A DNA stretch of 64,000 nucleotides from Promethearchaeota archaeon (GCA_048938855.1 JBHLLT010000002.1:352001-416000), one strand, 5' to 3'. Shown: positions 46,919-58,625, numbered from the stretch's first letter. Made by a program: numbers and translations. Notes: generated by a model not told the origin, from the sequence alone.

Positions 46919-48349
46919 TTATGGGGTACTCCAAGCGGTATGAACCCATGGTGGTACTTGATATGTACCTAACGGAGTAATCCTATCATTTGGATATTCA
47001 TTACCGTAAGCAGGCACAACCACCTTAGTACTATTTGCTTGCCATTGAGTCCACAACGTATATGAAAATGGATATCCTTCAACTAGATCATGAGTGTCAG
47101 GCCACCATGCACCTCCTCCACTTACTCCTGGATGGGGGTTGGATCTTGTCCAAGTTTCCATTTCTGCTATAAGATCAAGAGCATCTAGTGAATCTTGTGC
47201 GACTGCTGCATCTATAATCCCCATTACAGCATCATATGCACCACATGCTATATAAAGTGGTTCATGTCCGAATTCTGCCTTAAAAGCATTCCAAAATGTG
47301 ATAGTAGTAGCACTTTTGTTAACTGCATATGCTGTTTGCATTAACGTCTCATATATGCAATCACCACCGCTTTGTGTCCAAAATGTATCTAATTGAGATT
47401 GTACATCTATTCCTATTATAACATAGTTTGGGTGTAAACTTGCATATTGTTGCATCATCATAATACCTCCTTGAGCAGAAATAACTGGGATCAAAATATC
47501 AACACCTTGATTACTCATTGTTTGTAAATGAGTATTCATATCTGCTGCACTTAACGTCACATCATATCTAATCACTGCTGCTGGAGGAACTGATATTTTA
47601 CCACCGGAGTAATAGGGTAATGCAACTGGCATGTTAGTTGTCATACCTTCACTCCAAGTCAAATCTTCAGCAAGAATACCAATAGTATCAATCTCTTCAC
47701 CGCCATAGTACCCTGCATATGTTCCATTTAAAACAGCTTGATAAGTAAGAAGAAATGCGACGATTTCACTCCCTAATGCGGATGTGTTTATTGGCATAAA
47801 TCTCCAGAAATATTTATATCGATCATAATAGTTTTTAACATTTAAACAGAATATATCTGTAGCTGCTCCTGTATCAATAAACAAAATCTTATTATCCATA
47901 AATACTTCTTGGTATGCTAGTAATGCTTCAGATCTAAATCCACCAAGTGCAAAATCAACATTTTTTTTATAAACTAACCTTTCTGCTGCAGCTATTCCCC
48001 TTGAGGTCACTAAATTTGGATTAGATTCATCAGTATCTTCTCTTGTTACCCCAATATAATAGGTGGTACTGTTAATAACAACTCCTCCTCCTTGATTTAT
48101 AGTTTTTGCTGCGAACCATGCTCCTTCATAATTAGCATCTCCTTGTATCTCCCCCGTATCACCAGCGCAACCAATTTTAATAATTTGATCGGCACTCAAT
48201 CCTGCTGGCGCACCGGGGCAATCAGCAGAGCTCCATTGATATTCACCAGCTCCTGGTGCTAAAAGAAAAAACCAAGCCCCAACGCCTATCCCAGTACCAA
48301 TAACAGCGATAAGTACAATAGCTAGAATTCTTTTTGCCATTTGTTCCAT
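46919..48349 (-). CDS. HAAT-family ABC substrate-binding protein, membrane-anchored
   Basis: N-terminal TM anchor; IKIG, INQGGG and GGFRSE motifs; first gene of the liv-type operon. Confidence 0.85.
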   Translation of the reverse strand: MEQMAKRILAIVLIAVIGTGIGVGAWFFLLAPGAGEYQWSSADCPGAPAGLSADQIIKIGCAGDTGEIQGDANYEGAWFAAKTINQGGGVVINSTTYYIGVTREDTDESNPNLVTSRGIAAAERLVYKKNVDFALGGFRSEALLAYQEVFMDNKILFIDTGAATDIFCLNVKNYYDRYKYFWRFMPINTSALGSEIVAFLLTYQAVLNGTYAGYYGGEEIDTIGILAEDLTWSEGMTTNMPVALPYYSGGKISVPPAAVIRYDVTLSAADMNTHLQTMSNQGVDILIPVISAQGGIMMMQQYASLHPNYVIIGIDVQSQLDTFWTQSGGDCIYETLMQTAYAVNKSATTITFWNAFKAEFGHEPLYIACGAYDAVMGIIDAAVAQDSLDALDLIAEMETWTRSNPHPGVSGGGAWWPDTHDLVEGYPFSYTLWTQWQANSTKVVVPAYGNEYPNDRITPLGTYQVPPWVHTAWSTP

Positions 48350-48545
48350 TTATTAGATCACTTCTTTAAAAAATTTTAATATATCATGTATGTTTATTTT
48401 TAGATTAACAAATATTAGTTCATTTTAACATATATTTAAAGTTTTCAACTTTTCATATTTGAAATCGGCTGATGTCAACAAAAATGTTTTAAAAAATAAA
48501 AAAAAAGATGTAAAATCTTGGACTTTTTGTAAAATCTTAGGCCTT

Positions 48546-51500
48546 TTATAGAACAATGTTCACAAAAATTTGAATTCCCACGATAATCCCTACAACTATA
48601 ACCAGTACTATGAATATTATAAGCGTGTAAAATCTCCACTTAATTGAGATATTTTCACTTCGTTCCTTAAATCTTATATAGGGCAATAATATCACCCCTA
48701 TAATCCAAATAGATATCCAAAAAGTAAATACATACCAAACAGGCGTTATAATCGCAAATAAAAGTACAATGATGCTTCCCCAACTAATTATTAACCGAAT
48801 AATACGACGTCTGAACCTTACATCAACATCATCAGTTTTTTTGGAGGGTAGAATAGCGTACATCATACCAAATATCGGAAAAATTAAAAGGATTGAATGT
48901 GTCCACCCTAAAAGATTTCCTACTGCTGGTGATATAGAGATACCGATTAAACTGGATATGAATACACTAAAAATTATCCAAAGAGTTTTATAATTTACTT
49001 TAATAAAATGGAAAATTTTAATAAACATATTCTTGATTGCTAACTGTATAGCTTTGAAGAATTTTGAGAGATACTCTACAATATTATTAATAAATCTTTT
49101 TAATTCCTCTAAAAGAAAGATAAATGGATAAAGTATAATACCAAAAATAATAAAAGTTATGCCTAAACCTAAGGATGAAGCACGATATACTATTATACAC
49201 AATAATGTGAATATCACTAACCAAAATATAAATGCCTTGGATACGAATTTTGAATGCTTTTTAAATGGTCTTACCTGGATTGTTAAAAATATAACAAAAA
49301 TAAGTAGACTGCTACTTATGTTTAAAGCTAAATCAAAATTTGGAACTCCTAAAAAACCTAAAAACAAATCAACTGACAGTAATGCCCCAATTACTAGAAA
49401 TGAGATAGATCTCAAAGATTTACGTAATTTCTCATTAACAATTTTATCTATAAGAGTTATTACAAACAATATAGATAACGATGCTAAGAATAAATTAAGG
49501 TTAGCAAAATGATTTGAACCAAGGAAATACAGGGGCCATGTAATAAAATTCAGATATGATATTATTATTAAACCTGACTTGATTTTCTTTTTATACGTAG
49601 CAACAACCTTCCAAAAACTCAATAATTTAAATAGATACGCGAACTCAAGAATTTGAATTATTACTATAATAGGAATTACTGTAAAAAAGAAACCACTAAA
49701 AAGTGTACTGTAAATCCAGATTAAGTATGTTGATGTAAAGATCATTATCATAATCCAAGAGAAGGATTTGACATAATCAGTTAGTTTTCCTAAGAATTTG
49801 AATAAAACACTATCTATTATCATTAAGATGTGAATTATAATACTCAAAATCAATAATATCAATTGTAAATTCAAGCCTACCAATATTAATGGTTGTACTA
49901 TAGAAAAACACAATGTAGCATAGAAGCCAATACCTAAAAGCCGGTGGATGTATTTTTGAGCCTTATCATAAGCTTCTTTTTTAACAGGGGAAGAGAGTTT
50001 TAACACTTTAAAGAAAGAATAATTTGTATAAAATTGCATTATCAAAAAGAAGAAGATTTCTAGACTAAGCAAGAAAAGAAATTGAGATACAAAGCTGTGT
50101 AAAAAGAGAAATAGATTTAACGATAATGCAAAATAACTAATTGTATGAACTAAACCCGCATAAATTATCTTTACTTTCTTTATAGAATAAATGTCTAATA
50201 GTGTTAAGACAAATAATATTGATAATGCCACCAATATACTTTCATAAACTCCTAAAAATGCACTTACTAAACCGTATACCATAATACTTATTTCAAAATA
50301 TAATATCAAAACCATAAATGAATGTATCTTTGATGAAAAGTCCGGATATTTTTGTTTTCCCCATATAATATCATAATATTTTATAGATACAAATGAAAGG
50401 CATATTTCTATAAAAATAATTAAATTAATAGAAATGAAGTTCAAAGAACCAAACAGTATGAATATATATGCCAAATTTACTGCAATTAATCCTTGAAATA
50501 CGATAAAAAGAATAAATTCGACTCTGTACTTTATATTTTTTTCGATTCTAACGAATAATAGACTGAAGAAATATAAAAAAAGAGAGGAATTCTGAAATAA
50601 TAAAGATAAGTATCCAAATCCCCTTAATTGGTCAAAAATAAGTACAAGTCCATTAGATATTAAAGATGCTATAAAAAATGAACTCCAGATGAAGGAATTA
50701 TAAATAAGTAATATCCTGAGCTTTGAAATTGTCTCTTTTGAAATCTTTAAGCGAGACATGAAATGAAGTGTAAGTAGATTTAGAACTGAAAATGTTAAAA
50801 CTAAGAGAAAAGGGTTCAAATGAAATAAATATATAAATAAAGAAAATGTATTACAGAAAATAAACCAACTCCATAGTGTAAATCTGTTTCGGGTTGAATC
50901 TATTAAAAATTTAAAAATACTCTTATCCATGAAAGCGACTTCAATAAATAGCATAATAGTTGACGATAATAGAACCAAATAGATTATAATTACTAAATTA
51001 AGATTGATAAAAACAAGATATAGGAAGATATTCATTCCGACGGCTATAGTAATAAAAAGATATAAAACACAGCTTAAGATGCTAAAATTACGTAATAAAC
51101 CTTTTAATTTTATATCCAGCTCTGACTTTATTATATATTTCATACAAATTAGGAATAAAAATGGCCATATGAATAGAAAATCAAAAATTTGATAAATAAT
51201 TATGATATCCGTAAATATTATTGACATAAATAGATTTGGTAAAATAATCGTGAGAAATAATGATATACATACTGAGTTTGTTAAGAAACATGTAAAATTA
51301 AGCCATTTTAATTGAGTTTTATCTTTGTAAATCTTAAATATACTATTTTTTATTTCTTCCGTATCATCTTCTACAGACCGCTTGAAAAGATTAATTAAAA
51401 TCTGAAAGGTAATAAGGTAAAGCATCGGCCATGATAAAAATGCAAAAATCCAATTAGAATAAATTAAATCAAGTGTCAATAACCATTCAATAATAGGAGA

Positions 51501-54500
51501 AATTATAGGTATTGGAATGACAAACCAAAGAATATATCGATATTCAACAAATATTTTGTAGAGAAAAATAATGAACACAGCAGAAAAGACAGTTATTAAT
51601 ATTCCAATTGGAGCATGAAATAAAATTGAGCTGAGAGAAGTTATTGATAAGGATGACCCAAGTGCTACAGCTAAATAGGGATATATTTTATTAAGACGTA
51701 ATCTCATCTTATAACGGTTAAATATAAAATAGGAGCATCCAAATACAGTAAGTCCTAATGATAACGCTAAAATTATAAATCCTAGAAAGAAATAAAAAGT
51801 GTTGAATGTCAGCCATGAGAAATTTATAATCAATATCCAAGAAAGGCATAAATCTATTATTCTTTTTGGCAACTTCAAGTATTTAGAAGAAAAGAGCGTA
51901 ACCCCAAATACCAATAGACTTAAGTTTACTGCAAAAATTATATGATGAATTACAGCATAGAGAATAAAATAGATTGTTAAGAAAATTCCTAATAAGGATA
52001 TGCTATATGCTGTTATCAAGACCAAGCCAATAGATCTAATATTTGGGAAGAAGGAGTATACTATTAAAAATATTCCAATAACTAAAATATCAAGAGAAAT
52101 CGTAATTTCTAAGGGGAGACCAATCGAAGTTAAATAAAACAATAAAAATGAAACATTCATAAATGTCATTGGAAATAACCAAAAGATTGAAACTATTTTC
52201 CAAAATTTAAATAACATTAATAAAGGCATCAAAAGAGTGGCTGAAAACATAATAAAAAACAAATTTCTTAGAACAAGATCCGCTACAAATAAATTCTGAC
52301 TAAACCAATAAAGTAAAAATAAACTTTCACCCCAAATTGTAAAAACAATTATAGAAAAGTATTTCTTAATTTTACTATACACCACTGGTATGAAAAATAA
52401 AGAGCAAATTATGAGAGATAAAAAGAAAGAACCCCCAAATTCAAGAGTTCCAATACTCCATAGTTCTGTGGTAAAGATATCTATTCCTGTTAAACTTTGG
52501 TAGATTATATACCAATTTATTATAGGTAGAATGTTCCACATGTACCACCCTGATTTCCAAATCGCCCAAGATACTTTCCATTGGTAAATTCCAATAGATA
52601 GATAAAATAGAAAGACGCCAAAATTAATAGAAACTATTAAGGGAACTATAGACAATAGCGGCATTGATAGAGCTGCAATTATTAGAAAATATATAAATGT
52701 TGGAAAAGAAATAACAATTGAGATTAATACAATATAAAATGATTTCTTTCTAAATCTTGCAGGAGCGTTATTATATAAAAGAACAAACGCAAATCCTGTC
52801 ATACTCAAAGTTAATGTAAACGTTAAAATTGGGTTGAATTCACTAAATATAGGGCCACTAAATAGCACAAAATACGACATAAAGCTGATGAAATCAAATA
52901 CAAATAGAATTACACATGGATTTATAAACCATTTATAGCGTTCATCCTCTTTACGATAAAATGAGATTCCCAAAAATAGCAAAAACAAGAAAAGAGATAT
53001 TGTTATGTTATAAAGAAGTAAAATATTTGTAAATAAGCTTAGATAGATAAAAGATAGGGTTGAGATGAGAAAATATAATGAAAATTTTTCAAAAGTATTA
53101 TTTCTTTTTATATTTAATAATATCGAGAAAAATAAAACTCCACTTAGGGATAGAGGATAATTTATAGCAAATAAACCTATTAGATCAATATTATAAGCAG
53201 TTATAACCTCATAAAAGGTTAAAACAACAAGAACATCAACAATAATAACATAACTCAATAAGAAATAAGTTATAAACCTATAAATGGGAAAAATATTTCT
53301 TTTAGTAAGAATAAATATGGCTACTATTACAATAAGAATTGGTGAGAAAAATAAACCAAAATAAAGAAGGCTTGTTGACAATATGATTGATAAAATATAA
53401 AAACCAAACAATCTTAAATTAGCTTCTTCTTCGACTATTTTATTAAATTTTGAAAAGAAATAAAATATAATCAAGATCGGAGTAATTATAAGAGTGGATA
53501 TATGAAGACTAGGGTTAAAAGAGAAAATAGGGATTTGAGGTGTCAAATTAAAAAGAATTTCAAGGTATATGCTCAATAATGATATCATAAATACTATTAC
53601 TGTTACTTTTTTCAATGCTAGTTGATTTTTAACTGAGATATATTTCAAATTCTTTAAAACATAAAGACTAAGAGGAGTAAAGAAGGCAAACGTTAAACAA
53701 AATAATGTAATTACGTTCAAAATAAAGAATTGATATATAAAATAATTGAGTATCGAAGTTAACAAAATGCAAATTACACTCTTAACCATTAGCCATGTAC
53801 ATAACTGAATAATTGTCTTAAGTTGTGTAAATCTCATTTCACTTAGACTATTCAAGAAAATAAGTGATAAAAGAATAATGATGAAAAAAAATCCAATCCA
53901 AGTTGATCCACTAATTAAAACTGGTAACGTGTTCAGAAAAGTAAAAAGATTAAGAGAGATGATTAAAAATGTAAAAATAGAGGATATTGAGATAATTAAA
54001 CCATAAATTGGTATATCTATAAATTTACTTAAATTTGGTAATTTAGTAATTACTTTTGAGGCGAAACTTATCGTATATATACTTAGAGTAAAAAAGACAA
54101 AAAAACAGCAGCTCAATATTAAATAAGTAAATGGAGTCAATTCAATCGTAGTGATAAAGATTGAAGCAATATAATAAGATACAAATAATGTGAAAGAAAA
54201 CCAAGTGATTAATCCCACTGTTTTGAAACTCTTGATGTAAATACTTTTTAATTTAATTTTTGTACTAATAAATTCAGAAACCCTCAAAAAACAAAATAGT
54301 AAAAATAATGTTATTGTAATTATTAGGATATAATTTGGTAATAATCCAATTCTTACTAGCTCTAATCCAATTATTGTAGGTATAGAGATAATTAAGGCAG
54401 ATAGAGCAAGAAAGTTATAGATTGTTAACTTTTTAATTAAATCTAAGTTGAAATATTCTCTTTTATAAGAATAATAGAATAGTAAAAACCATGAAATAAG

Positions 54501-57107
54501 TAAAGTGATTAACGGTAAGACATACGCATATAAAGTTCCACTTAATAGGAACCATGGGTAGTAGAATACTGTTGTAAAGCTTATACAAAATCCAACAATC
54601 ACACGTGATTTCAGAAAGAAATTAACAGTTTTTTCTTTACATTCTAATTTTTTTAATGAATAATAGTAAACACTTAAAATTATAAAAAGAATATATAAAG
54701 TAAAATTAATTACTGTCATTATTAAGAGAATTAAATCAAAATATAGGCCTAAATTATATATATCTAACCCTATAAAAGTGGGAATCACTGTTAATGTTGC
54801 AGATAATATTACACTGTTTACTTTAATTGCGCTAATTGCAAAGGTAGGATATATCTGTTTCTTTCTTAGATAGATAACAGGCAAAAAGAAGACTAAAGTA
54901 GAGACCAAAAGTGGGAGATTAAAAACAAATATTGTATTCAATGTTAGCCTTAAAAATAAGTAAAATACTATTAATACGCTATATAGCAAAACAAAAACAT
55001 TTATTTTAATGTAAAAGTCTTCAGAAAAAATCCATCTTTTTGAGATAAGGTTAATTAATACGCAAACTGAAGCTAATGATGAAAATATTGAATATAGTGC
55101 ATTATCAAACAAAGGGAGACTATGAAATACTGAAAAAAATAATGTATAGAATAAATATAAAAGTTCGATGGTTATCAAATATGAATTTATTTTAACATAT
55201 TTCTTAAACCTGGATTCTTTCACGCGATCTAAATTCACGCCAAATTTTATAATAAAATAATAGAAAACTGAGGTAATAAGGAAATCAAATGCTAATAGAA
55301 TAAAAATTGCAGAAAGCAAAGAGATAATAAGTAGAGATATGAATAAATCACTTAATAGTATCCAAAGAGCAAAATAAGTATATTTTAAGAAATATTCTTT
55401 AGGAAAAATATGTAGAACATTATTTAAATAGAGAAAAGCAATAAAAACGATTGGAAAGCAAATTAACGAGATACATAATACTTGTAAAAACGGAATGAAC
55501 TCGATTAAGTAGTAGAATCTAAAATTAACAAATACAAATAGAATTAGTTCGATTAATAAACTATTCACTAATACAATCCTTCTAAATAATTTAGGACTCT
55601 TTACATTGAAATATCTAATACCAAGTATATAGTTGGAAATTAGTAAGGTTATTAGAATAAATATTGAGTGTAAGAGAATGTTTGAAACTAAAATCACAAC
55701 GGGAGGATCTGAGGGAAATGTAGTAGATTCAATGATCATTGGAAAGAATATATATAATACTAAGCAAAAACTTGCGACAGCAAGTAAATTTTGGAAAATG
55801 ATAACTTCATCTTTAGCAAAATATTTTAGTTTAACGAAAATTTGTAAAACAAAATATAGAGCGATTGTAAGTATTAGGAAATTTATTAATATCGTCTGTA
55901 TGGATGATGGAATTATTCCAAATGAGATAGCGACTAAAATTGCTATCGAATTTAATAAGCCTGCAAATTTATTATACTTTTTTGAACATAGACCTGCCTT
56001 CTGTTCATAATGAAGCAGAAAATAGATGAATGGTAGAACTATTAAAATTATTAGAGGAACTCTTGTTGAAAAGGAATATAAAGAAATTAATATAATCAAA
56101 ATGCTAGAGAGAACTGAATTGTATTTTTGATATTTTACATATCCTAATTGAGTTTTTTCATTGGAAGTTTCTTCCCTTTCAGAATTATTATATATCGATA
56201 ACTTTGAAGTGAAATGAAAACCAATATAAAACCTGGATTTAAAATAAAACAAAACAAAAATTATAACCAAGAAAAGATTATTTATTACTTCTAAACTCAA
56301 AAATGGAATTCCCGAAATAACTCGTGCAGAAATTGTAATAAGAGGTATTTCGATTAAAAGAATAAAAATTAAGCCTATTTGAGTGTCTACTAATCGCCGT
56401 TTAAAGATTGTCAGGGATTTAAGTATAACTTTTTTTTCTTTTATAGATTCGCGAATAGATTTTACCTGAGTCTTTGTACTTGTAAAGGTAATAATATAGA
56501 AAATTATATTTGTTAAAAGAGCAAAAAGCCAAGCAAAATTAGTAGGTGCTAGAAAGGATAAAAAGAAAATATGGATCACATAATTTAGGAAAACAAGGAA
56601 ATTGTAAGGTTGTTTAATCATCAATTCGGTACTCTTAGCATGTTTAAACTCGCTTTCTTTTAAATCAAAATAATCTATAGGTTGGAAATGATAATAATAA
56701 TAAACGATATTATAGAGAAACGCATAACTAATAAGTGGAAGGTAAATAAATGAGTCATATGGTGAAATAAGGATAAATATGGGAGTTGTGATAAATGATA
56801 CAACGGAAATCAGATATAATACATGAATTCGTGCCCCTAGATTATTTGTTTTATTTAGAAAAAAGGGATTATCTCTATATTTGTCATAAGCTTTATAAAA
56901 AAATAGCAACGAAAACATAAACCCGACAATTGAGAAAGATAATGAAATGAATAATCCAACACTGGCAAAATTAAAAATAGCAAAAATTGCGATTGCTACT
57001 ATTAATGGAGCAATAATTAAAAAGAAGGCAAACCACCATGATTTATGGAGCACTTCAGTTGCCTTTCTAATTCTCTCTTGCGAGTTATCACTACTTTTTG
57101 ATTTCAT
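48546..57107 (-). CDS. Giant polytopic membrane protein (2853 aa), function unknown
   Basis: Uninterrupted 8.5-kb ORF of hydrophobic segments separated by short, often Lys/Arg-rich loops. Confidence 0.85.
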   Translation of the reverse strand: MKSKSSDNSQERIRKATEVLHKSWWFAFFLIIAPLIVAIAIFAIFNFASVGLFISLSFSIVGFMFSLLFFYKAYDKYRDNPFFLNKTNNLGARIHVLYLISVVSFITTPIFILISPYDSFIYLPLISYAFLYNIVYYYYHFQPIDYFDLKESEFKHAKSTELMIKQPYNFLVFLNYVIHIFFLSFLAPTNFAWLFALLTNIIFYIITFTSTKTQVKSIRESIKEKKVILKSLTIFKRRLVDTQIGLIFILLIEIPLITISARVISGIPFLSLEVINNLFLVIIFVLFYFKSRFYIGFHFTSKLSIYNNSEREETSNEKTQLGYVKYQKYNSVLSSILIILISLYSFSTRVPLIILIVLPFIYFLLHYEQKAGLCSKKYNKFAGLLNSIAILVAISFGIIPSSIQTILINFLILTIALYFVLQIFVKLKYFAKDEVIIFQNLLAVASFCLVLYIFFPMIIESTTFPSDPPVVILVSNILLHSIFILITLLISNYILGIRYFNVKSPKLFRRIVLVNSLLIELILFVFVNFRFYYLIEFIPFLQVLCISLICFPIVFIAFLYLNNVLHIFPKEYFLKYTYFALWILLSDLFISLLIISLLSAIFILLAFDFLITSVFYYFIIKFGVNLDRVKESRFKKYVKINSYLITIELLYLFYTLFFSVFHSLPLFDNALYSIFSSLASVCVLINLISKRWIFSEDFYIKINVFVLLYSVLIVFYLFLRLTLNTIFVFNLPLLVSTLVFFLPVIYLRKKQIYPTFAISAIKVNSVILSATLTVIPTFIGLDIYNLGLYFDLILLIMTVINFTLYILFIILSVYYYSLKKLECKEKTVNFFLKSRVIVGFCISFTTVFYYPWFLLSGTLYAYVLPLITLLISWFLLFYYSYKREYFNLDLIKKLTIYNFLALSALIISIPTIIGLELVRIGLLPNYILIITITLFLLFCFLRVSEFISTKIKLKSIYIKSFKTVGLITWFSFTLFVSYYIASIFITTIELTPFTYLILSCCFFVFFTLSIYTISFASKVITKLPNLSKFIDIPIYGLIISISSIFTFLIISLNLFTFLNTLPVLISGSTWIGFFFIIILLSLIFLNSLSEMRFTQLKTIIQLCTWLMVKSVICILLTSILNYFIYQFFILNVITLFCLTFAFFTPLSLYVLKNLKYISVKNQLALKKVTVIVFMISLLSIYLEILFNLTPQIPIFSFNPSLHISTLIITPILIIFYFFSKFNKIVEEEANLRLFGFYILSIILSTSLLYFGLFFSPILIVIVAIFILTKRNIFPIYRFITYFLLSYVIIVDVLVVLTFYEVITAYNIDLIGLFAINYPLSLSGVLFFSILLNIKRNNTFEKFSLYFLISTLSFIYLSLFTNILLLYNITISLFLFLLFLGISFYRKEDERYKWFINPCVILFVFDFISFMSYFVLFSGPIFSEFNPILTFTLTLSMTGFAFVLLYNNAPARFRKKSFYIVLISIVISFPTFIYFLIIAALSMPLLSIVPLIVSINFGVFLFYLSIGIYQWKVSWAIWKSGWYMWNILPIINWYIIYQSLTGIDIFTTELWSIGTLEFGGSFFLSLIICSLFFIPVVYSKIKKYFSIIVFTIWGESLFLLYWFSQNLFVADLVLRNLFFIMFSATLLMPLLMLFKFWKIVSIFWLFPMTFMNVSFLLFYLTSIGLPLEITISLDILVIGIFLIVYSFFPNIRSIGLVLITAYSISLLGIFLTIYFILYAVIHHIIFAVNLSLLVFGVTLFSSKYLKLPKRIIDLCLSWILIINFSWLTFNTFYFFLGFIILALSLGLTVFGCSYFIFNRYKMRLRLNKIYPYLAVALGSSLSITSLSSILFHAPIGILITVFSAVFIIFLYKIFVEYRYILWFVIPIPIISPIIEWLLTLDLIYSNWIFAFLSWPMLYLITFQILINLFKRSVEDDTEEIKNSIFKIYKDKTQLKWLNFTCFLTNSVCISLFLTIILPNLFMSIIFTDIIIIYQIFDFLFIWPFLFLICMKYIIKSELDIKLKGLLRNFSILSCVLYLFITIAVGMNIFLYLVFINLNLVIIIYLVLLSSTIMLFIEVAFMDKSIFKFLIDSTRNRFTLWSWFIFCNTFSLFIYLFHLNPFLLVLTFSVLNLLTLHFMSRLKISKETISKLRILLIYNSFIWSSFFIASLISNGLVLIFDQLRGFGYLSLLFQNSSLFLYFFSLLFVRIEKNIKYRVEFILFIVFQGLIAVNLAYIFILFGSLNFISINLIIFIEICLSFVSIKYYDIIWGKQKYPDFSSKIHSFMVLILYFEISIMVYGLVSAFLGVYESILVALSILFVLTLLDIYSIKKVKIIYAGLVHTISYFALSLNLFLFLHSFVSQFLFLLSLEIFFFLIMQFYTNYSFFKVLKLSSPVKKEAYDKAQKYIHRLLGIGFYATLCFSIVQPLILVGLNLQLILLILSIIIHILMIIDSVLFKFLGKLTDYVKSFSWIMIMIFTSTYLIWIYSTLFSGFFFTVIPIIVIIQILEFAYLFKLLSFWKVVATYKKKIKSGLIIISYLNFITWPLYFLGSNHFANLNLFLASLSILFVITLIDKIVNEKLRKSLRSISFLVIGALLSVDLFLGFLGVPNFDLALNISSSLLIFVIFLTIQVRPFKKHSKFVSKAFIFWLVIFTLLCIIVYRASSLGLGITFIIFGIILYPFIFLLEELKRFINNIVEYLSKFFKAIQLAIKNMFIKIFHFIKVNYKTLWIIFSVFISSLIGISISPAVGNLLGWTHSILLIFPIFGMMYAILPSKKTDDVDVRFRRRIIRLIISWGSIIVLLFAIITPVWYVFTFWISIWIIGVILLPYIRFKERSENISIKWRFYTLIIFIVLVIVVGIIVGIQIFVNIVL

Positions 57108-57302
57108 CGCCCACCACGATTTTTATTATACGTTGAGATTAATAATAATTTTGGTTTATAAATTTTTCAGAATTATCTTTACAAATATATTTTACTAATG
57201 TGTTAAGACCACTTAAAAGGTTTTGTCACTTATGCTAGTAGAACCTATAAAAATAGTAGTAAATCGTTTATTAAGGTGGTAGTAAATTTAAAATTAGTTT
57301 AA

Positions 57303-58625
57303 TTATCTAAAATTTGGTAAATAATTTTTTTGAACTTCCATCATATCATTAAATATCTTTTCTGCCATTTCAAAATTACCTACATTAGGATCAATAGCCA
57401 AACTTGCAATTGCTAATTCTTTCGATTCTTTTAGAACTGCTTCAACACATAAATCTTGAACTGATGCTTCGATACGAAGTAAAGCAGCAATATTTTTAGG
57501 TAATGATCCTACTCTGATGCCACTAATCCCATTTCTATTGACAATCGCTGAGCATTCTAAAATTAAATCATTTGGCAAATTATCAACTATATTATCATTA
57601 GGGATGTTTACTGCCGTCTCATACGAATTCGTATCATTAATTAAAGCTTCAATAATTGGAATAGCGCGTTCTCCTGAGGGGACACTATATAAGATTCCTT
57701 TTTTCGGAAATCTTCCTTCTTTTAGTTTTTTATAATATATAAGATACCTTTTATATCGCAGATCTCCTTCTTTTTCAATAAAATTTAGCCAATCTAACAT
57801 ATCTTGAGTCTTAGTGAATTCTTCTCCAAATTGGAGATATTCTCCTAAATGATTATCACCTACATAGGGAAAAAATCCAAATCTTTTATAAACTTCAAAT
57901 GTAAGCTTGGAAAACTCAAATTTATGTTCTGTAGTACTGAAATAATTCATAGCTTTATTATTAAATTCAGGCATCAAATCTTTACCAGTTATTAAGTCTT
58001 CAAGACTAATCAAAAATGCAAAATGATTTAATCCATTTGTTTTCATCTTTAATTCATCTATAGATTTATTAAATAATATAGGTAAATGCCGTACCATAAA
58101 TCCAATTTGATGGCATAATCCAACAAATTTTAGAATTTCTGTACTTCTTTTAATTGCTAAGCAAACTCGAGACACTGGATTAGAAAAATTAATAAAAAAT
58201 GCATTAGGACAAATTTTTTCAACATCTTTAACAATCTCTATAATGGGGGGAATTATTCTCCAGGAATGAAATGTACCCCCTGGTCCCCCACACTCACCCA
58301 GAATCTGGGTGGATCCATATTTTCTTGGGACCTCATAATCTTGACGCCATAATTTCATTCTATCTCCAATTTCTATTGAATTAATTATGAAATTGGCATC
58401 CTTTAGTGCTTTAACTCTGTTAGTTGTCCTTTCAAGAAACATTTTATTTTTATGAAGTTCATTTTCAGCGACTAAAAGATCATAAATCATTTCCAATTTA
58501 TCTTTATTAATATCATGAAGAACGACTGTAGACCCTTCCAAAACATCACTTAAATATATATCATTGAACATATGTCTTCCAAATGATGCCGAACCCGCTC
58601 CAATCAACACTATCTTTTTATTCAT
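57303..58625 (-). CDS. Glycoside hydrolase family 4 (alpha-galactosidase/alpha-glucosidase type)
   Basis: KIVLIGAGS, GECGGPGG, NFSNP, GLCH and GLNH motifs. Confidence 0.92.
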   Translation of the reverse strand: MNKKIVLIGAGSASFGRHMFNDIYLSDVLEGSTVVLHDINKDKLEMIYDLLVAENELHKNKMFLERTTNRVKALKDANFIINSIEIGDRMKLWRQDYEVPRKYGSTQILGECGGPGGTFHSWRIIPPIIEIVKDVEKICPNAFFINFSNPVSRVCLAIKRSTEILKFVGLCHQIGFMVRHLPILFNKSIDELKMKTNGLNHFAFLISLEDLITGKDLMPEFNNKAMNYFSTTEHKFEFSKLTFEVYKRFGFFPYVGDNHLGEYLQFGEEFTKTQDMLDWLNFIEKEGDLRYKRYLIYYKKLKEGRFPKKGILYSVPSGERAIPIIEALINDTNSYETAVNIPNDNIVDNLPNDLILECSAIVNRNGISGIRVGSLPKNIAALLRIEASVQDLCVEAVLKESKELAIASLAIDPNVGNFEMAEKIFNDMMEVQKNYLPNFR

